A stretch of DNA of 20,000 nucleotides. Source: Myxococcota bacterium (GTDB lineage: Bacteria > Myxococcota_C > UBA6777). Both the position numbers and the translations under genes were made by a program. Under the pieces are notes generated by a model. That model saw only the letters and a program-made list of their open reading frames with translations. It was not told where the DNA came from and did no database searches. Below, piece by piece: positions 15,122-20,000 of this stretch; position 1 is the stretch's first letter; each line of letters starts with the position of its first letter. The stretch lies in assembly GCA_023150835.1 (NCBI GenBank), contig JAKLKB010000002.1:170728-190727 (forward strand), read 5' to 3'.

Positions 15122-16717
15122 CATCGCTTGGATGTTTTTGTCTTTGAGGTAGGCTTCGAGGGTGGCGTGGCGGTCGATCACACCGCGATCTGCGATCTCG
15201 ATGATGCGATTGGCGACGGTGTTGGTGAACTGGTAGTCGTGGGATGAAAACAAGATGATCTCGGGGAATTGGATCAAGCCGTTGTTGAGGGCGGTGATCG
15301 CTTCAAGATCGAGGTGGTTGGTGGGTTCATCGAGGATGATCGCGTTAGAACCGCTGAGCATCATCTTGGAGAGCATACAACGGACTTTTTCGCCCCCCGA
15401 AAGGACGGTGGATTTCTTGAAGACTTCATCGCCCGAAAACAGCATCCGACCGAGAAAACTGCGCGCAAAGGGTTCGCCTTCACTGGGGGGAGCATACTGA
15501 AGAATCCATTCGATCAAGTTGAGATCACCCTTGAAATGTTCGTCGTTTTCTTTCGGTAGATACGCCTTGGTGATGGTGGTTCCCCATTGGATCGAACCTG
15601 CATCAGGCGCGACTTCGCCCATGATCATCTGAAAAAAAGTCGTCTTCGCAAGACTGTTCGGGCCGATCAAGGCGATCTTATCGCCCTTTTTGACCGATAA
15701 GTTAAAGTCCTTAAACAACTGCACCCCATCGACGGACTTTTCCAGCCCTTCGATCTCCAAGATAATCTTTCCACAAGGACGCTCTGGCTTAAAACCAACA
15801 AACGGAAACTTGCGGTTGGAGGCGGGCATTTGTTCGATCTCGATCTGATCGAGCAGCCTTTTGCGGGACGTGGCTTGTCGTGCTTTTGAAGCGTTTGAAC
15901 CAAAGCGCAAGATAAACTCTTTGAGTTCTTTGATCTTGTCTTCTTTTTTCTTGTTTTCATTTTGACGCTGTTGCATCACCAACTGGCTGGATTGATACCA
16001 AAAGTCGTAGTTTCCGACGTAAAGCTTCAACTGGCCGTAGTCGATATCTGCAACGTGCGTACAGACGTTATTGAGGAAGTGGCGGTCGTGGGAGACCACG
16101 ATCACGGTGTTTTCGAACTTGCTCAAAAAGTCTTCGAGCCATTGGATCGATTGCAGATCCAACTGGTTGGTGGGTTCGTCGAGCAGAAGGATATCAGGGT
16201 TTCCAAACATCGCTTGAGCCAGCAAGATCCGCACTTTTTGCGTTCCTTCTAATTCTTTCATCAAGCGCTCGTGGATCTCAGGTTCGATACCAAGGCCACT
16301 TAACAAGTTCGCGGCTTCGTATTCGGCCTCGTATCCGCCAAGATCCGCAAACTCTCCTTCGAGATCCGCTGCCCGCATACCATCTTCTTCGCTCATATCG
16401 GGCTTTGCATACAACGCCTCGCGTTCTTTCATCACGCGATAAAGCTCTTTGTGCCCCATAATCACGGCATCCAAGACGCGATGCTCATCAAAAGCAAATT
16501 GATCTTGGCGCAACACAGCGATCCGCTTGTTGGGGGCGATCAGAACACGCCCCGAAGTCGGTTCGAGTTCCCCCGCAAGGATCTTGAGGAAGGTAGACTT
16601 GCCTGCCCCGTTTGCGCCGATCAACCCATAACAGTTGCCCGGGACAAATTTTACATCGACATCCTTAAACAAGACGCGACCGCCAAAAGAGAGGGTGACA
16701 CGCTCGACCTGAATCAT
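15080..16717 (-). CDS. ABC-F family ATP-binding protein (YbiT/YkpA-like translation factor)
   Basis: Two ABC domains (GANGAGKST / LLLDEPTNQLD / VSHDRHFL; GPNSLAKTT / LSGGEKVR / ILDEPTNHLD), GNYDFW linker, no TM segments. SD GGAG before ATG 16717. Confidence 0.93.
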   Translation of the reverse strand: MIQVERVTLSFGGRVLFKDVDVKFVPGNCYGLIGANGAGKSTFLKILAGELEPTSGRVLIAPNKRIAVLRQDQFAFDEHRVLDAVIMGHKELYRVMKEREALYAKPDMSEEDGMRAADLEGEFADLGGYEAEYEAANLLSGLGIEPEIHERLMKELEGTQKVRILLAQAMFGNPDILLLDEPTNQLDLQSIQWLEDFLSKFENTVIVVSHDRHFLNNVCTHVADIDYGQLKLYVGNYDFWYQSSQLVMQQRQNENKKKEDKIKELKEFILRFGSNASKARQATSRKRLLDQIEIEQMPASNRKFPFVGFKPERPCGKIILEIEGLEKSVDGVQLFKDFNLSVKKGDKIALIGPNSLAKTTFFQMIMGEVAPDAGSIQWGTTITKAYLPKENDEHFKGDLNLIEWILQYAPPSEGEPFARSFLGRMLFSGDEVFKKSTVLSGGEKVRCMLSKMMLSGSNAIILDEPTNHLDLEAITALNNGLIQFPEIILFSSHDYQFTNTVANRIIEIADRGVIDRHATLEAYLKDKNIQAMRHDLYEKSDRLVL

Positions 16718-16864
16718 CAAAAGCTCCGTCCATAGGGGGATTTAACCAAGGCACAGCAGCTTTCTTCTGCAACGCCCTTGCCTACACGATATCCTCGTAT
16801 CGTGTGGACAGAGCCTTTTGCCACGAAAGTGCAAGACTTTCAACAAAGATTTTCTAAAAATGTT

Positions 16865-19066
16865 TTAGGGCAGATCCACAGGATAGACGCGGCGAGAAGA
16901 GGGTGGGGTATGTTGCGTGTGCAAGCTTTGCCAGAGATTCCAAAGCTGCCGATGTTGCTCTTTGATCGCAGCTTGACTTGTGTGATACGCATGAGCGCTG
17001 ATCTGATACGGCGAAGGGGGTGTCGGGATATCGCGATTGGCCATCCCAAAAAGCAAAAAGCCCACCGCCACCAACCCCAACAGGTATCCCCAAAGGCCCG
17101 TACGATCGGACCATACCGTCAAGATCAAGCTCACACCCCCCACGATCACACCCAACACCAGCACACACACCAACAGCGCCCCAAGCGAAAGCGTGTAACG
17201 TGCCACCACACTACGCTGCCACAAAGCACTCCCCACGATCTCCAACCCCACAAACAACGTCAGCGAAAAGACCAAAGCACGCAAAAGCCCGTTCCATAGG
17301 GCCTGAACAAAACCTTGCAAGCCCTCCTTCAAACCAAGCCGCGCACACGGTACCACCACCCACCACACAAACAACGTCCCCAACGCGCCCGAACCTGCCG
17401 CCCACCACGCCGCACCCGGGTGCAATCGAAACACCCCTTCCATCGTCGGTATGCTGCCTTCGCCCAACATCGACTGCAAAAACAACAGCCCCAACGCACC
17501 CCCAAAGAACAATCCACCCAAATACAAGATCCCCATCCAACTCATCCACAACGCCCCAGCACTCGGGCGATCATCGCGTCCGATCCCCACGATCAAACCA
17601 CCCCCCAATCCCGACAACAACCACCACGAACTGATCTCTCCTTCGCGCACCCAACCCAACAAGATCCCGTTGGACAACAACCACGTCAGCAACAACGCTC
17701 CCATCACTCCCCACGACGAGATCCCCCACCAAAACGTCATCTTGGGTGCCCACAGCGACCGATAGATCAAGCTGCGCTCGGCTTTCTCGATCTGTTTCTT
17801 CTCCACACGCTCCGCACGTAGCCGCTTTTTCTCCGCAAGCCGTTGTTCCTTCTCGGCTCGCCGCTGCATCCGCTCTGCCGCCCGTTGGGTGCGCTCAGAA
17901 ACACGTGGCGGAAGCCGTTGCAATAGCGCCTCCGCTGCTTGTGGCTCCAAAACCTCGGTGTATACGGTGGGAGGGCGGCGCTTGCGTCGTAATGGCCGCT
18001 CCTCCGCGTGATCCAAAACCTCCAACAACGCCTCGCGCAGATCGCTGATACTCTTGTAGCGATCGGCGGGATCGTGTTCCAACGCCCGCAACAACACCTG
18101 ATCCAGACGGTGATCGAAAAGAGTGTCCTTGTGCTGTGTGCGCAAGATATCGCTCGGAAGGCGCAGTCGGCCATAAGGCAATGTCCCCGTCAATCCGTGA
18201 TAAAGGATCGCTCCCACCGCATAGATATCCACCGCAGGCGTCAGACGCGCATTTCCAATAAGTTGCTCGGGAGCCATATACACGGGGGTTCCGCGTTGTG
18301 TGGTCATGTACACCGTTTGCGCTTCAAGCTGTTTCGCAATACTAAAGTCCAACACCCGCAACGTCCCATCTTTCGCCACCAAAAGATTTGCAGGCTTTAG
18401 ATCGCGGTGGATCACCCCCTTCGCATGGGCAAATTCCAGCGCACCTGCCAACACCACCACAAACTCCCTCAGTACCTCCATATCCAAAAAGAACGGCGCT
18501 CCCTTGGACAACGCTTGCTCGAAGTAAGCCTCCAAAGACTGCCCTTCGACATATTCCATCACCAAAAAAAACACGCCACTCGAAGGCTCTTGTTCAAAAC
18601 GATCCACCCGCACAATCGACGGATGCTCTAGGCGTTGCGCCAATGCGAACTCTTCTTCCAAGATATCCTTGGAAAAAGACGGATACAAGGCTTTGATCGC
18701 ACAAGCCACGCCTTGTTTTTGATCCCGCGCAAGATACACCACCCCCATCCCTCCGCGACCCAACTCTTTCTCCAACAAATACCGATCTCTCAACAACATC
18801 CCAACTTGAAACGGCGTCCCCGTAAACGTCCATCCCATCGACGGCTGACCCTCCATCCCTGCCGTCGGAAGATGATCACTTCCCAAAGAGACCGAAGAGG
18901 CGAGCACTTCGTGCGCTGAAGTGCGATCACGCCTCACAGACGATGGCCCTCCTGTCTGCAACTGGTTCAAAGCAACATCATCGAAAGCGCGTCTTCTTCG
19001 AGAAGATCGTTGCCCCACCGAAGCTCTCTGGATCGATCGTTTCTCTAAGGATGTGGGCTTTGTCAT
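16865..19066 (-). CDS. Hanks-type Ser/Thr protein kinase with charged coiled-coil and multi-TM C-terminus
   Basis: LGRGGMGVVY, AIK, HRDLKPAN, DFS, GTPVYMAPEQ, DIYAVG; R/E/K-rich helix; about 7 hydrophobic segments. SD GGAG before ATG 19066. Confidence 0.9.
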   Translation of the reverse strand: MTKPTSLEKRSIQRASVGQRSSRRRRAFDDVALNQLQTGGPSSVRRDRTSAHEVLASSVSLGSDHLPTAGMEGQPSMGWTFTGTPFQVGMLLRDRYLLEKELGRGGMGVVYLARDQKQGVACAIKALYPSFSKDILEEEFALAQRLEHPSIVRVDRFEQEPSSGVFFLVMEYVEGQSLEAYFEQALSKGAPFFLDMEVLREFVVVLAGALEFAHAKGVIHRDLKPANLLVAKDGTLRVLDFSIAKQLEAQTVYMTTQRGTPVYMAPEQLIGNARLTPAVDIYAVGAILYHGLTGTLPYGRLRLPSDILRTQHKDTLFDHRLDQVLLRALEHDPADRYKSISDLREALLEVLDHAEERPLRRKRRPPTVYTEVLEPQAAEALLQRLPPRVSERTQRAAERMQRRAEKEQRLAEKKRLRAERVEKKQIEKAERSLIYRSLWAPKMTFWWGISSWGVMGALLLTWLLSNGILLGWVREGEISSWWLLSGLGGGLIVGIGRDDRPSAGALWMSWMGILYLGGLFFGGALGLLFLQSMLGEGSIPTMEGVFRLHPGAAWWAAGSGALGTLFVWWVVVPCARLGLKEGLQGFVQALWNGLLRALVFSLTLFVGLEIVGSALWQRSVVARYTLSLGALLVCVLVLGVIVGGVSLILTVWSDRTGLWGYLLGLVAVGFLLFGMANRDIPTPPSPYQISAHAYHTSQAAIKEQHRQLWNLWQSLHTQHTPPSSRRVYPVDLP

Positions 19067-19530
19067 CGGAAAATCTCCGCTGTTTTGTCCTTGGGATGGG
19101 CATCTCGCGTACTTCTTTGGAACCTTCTCTCGACCCACCACTTTCATCAAAAACTTCGCGCACACAAGCAAGTATGGGAATCCGCCTACTTGCCACGCAA
19201 GTACTCTCGTCTTGTGCGGTATCTGGACACACAAACCTCAACTTTTGTTCGCGCATCGCCCAGATACAACACAGATCGACCTGTCCCGACAAAAAACGAT
19301 ATGCACCTCAATTCCATAACATACCCACAAGTCTTGAGTTTCACTCTCTTTTTTTTGATCAGCTAAGGCTGGCGCTCTTTTTGTTCTAAGGGCCTACCAA
19401 GCGCAGCGAAACGCCAAACAAAACGGCTCCACACACAAACCGTTTTGCCTCAAACAAAGACGACCACACGCTGCATCTGTTGCTCCAAACAAAACGCGGA
19501 TTTCCCGCACAACACAAAAAGAGGTGTCCT

Positions 19531-19905
19531 ATGAAAAAGCTTACCCTTCGCCTTTCCGTCCTTTTCGCCCTTGCTATCGGCCTCTCCGCTTCTCAATCTG
19601 CTTGTGGCCTCGTCATGCCTAGCTGCGAATCGACCGTACAAACGCTCTGCGAACGCGCTTCGCAATGCGCAAGCCCTGATGCTCGCACCCAGCAAGAAAA
19701 TACCGCACGTTGTATGCGCACCTACGACCCCCAAGGACAGTGCCGATACTTAACCCCCAGCCAACAAGCCGAGTTTGATGTCGCTGTTCGTAGCGGATGT
19801 GTCGATCGCCTCAAAAGCGCCACTTGCTCCGGCACAACCATCGACGCCGGCCCCACCTGCAACCAAACCCTCACCAACTTCTTCACTCTCCTCTCTGCCC
19901 GCTAA
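19531..19905 (+). CDS. Small Cys-rich putative lipoprotein
   Basis: SD gaggtg. MKK plus hydrophobic stretch plus SQSA-C lipobox-like site. Eight further Cys. Confidence 0.8.
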   Translation: MKKLTLRLSVLFALAIGLSASQSACGLVMPSCESTVQTLCERASQCASPDARTQQENTARCMRTYDPQGQCRYLTPSQQAEFDVAVRSGCVDRLKSATCSGTTIDAGPTCNQTLTNFFTLLSAR

Positions 19906-19906
19906 A

Positions 19907-20000
19907 TCCCCTCTTCTCTTCGGCCCCCCCTCTTCTCTTCTGCCCTTTCCGTGTTTTCCGTGTTTTCCGTGGACTCTTCTGCCCCCCCTCTTCTCTTCTG
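19907..20000. repeat. Pyrimidine-rich 19-bp repeats (gccccccctcttctcttct) interrupted by a 9-bp-period repeat (ttccgtgtt)
   Basis: Copies at ~19907-19922, 19923-19941 and 19981-19999; ttccgtgttttccgtgttttccgtgg at 19947-19972. Confidence 0.85.

Overview
Bacterial chromosomal segment with no introns and SD-like motifs before most starts. Gene content suggests Myxococcota or a relative (inference): DUF507-like gene, Cys-rich lipoproteins and a multi-TM Hanks kinase. There are 13 likely CDS: a strikingly eukaryote-like squalene monooxygenase, two tandem paralogous membrane proteins, a Cys-rich repeat lipoprotein, a DUF507-like protein, a long low-complexity protein, a small membrane protein, MetF, an adrenodoxin-reductase/FprA-like oxidoreductase, an esterase-domain lipoprotein, an ABC-F ATPase, a Ser/Thr kinase and a small Cys lipoprotein. 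The non-coding DNA is the most unusual part. It holds three diverged copies of a ~120-nt element with a conserved hairpin layout and compensatory changes, two of them inverted around one gene. It also holds a ~265-bp nested fold-back element, a 9-bp-period repeat family at two loci, and short tandem duplications that recur at gene 3' ends. No rRNA, tRNA, CRISPR array or transposase was seen. All calls come from motif recognition by eye; no searches were run.
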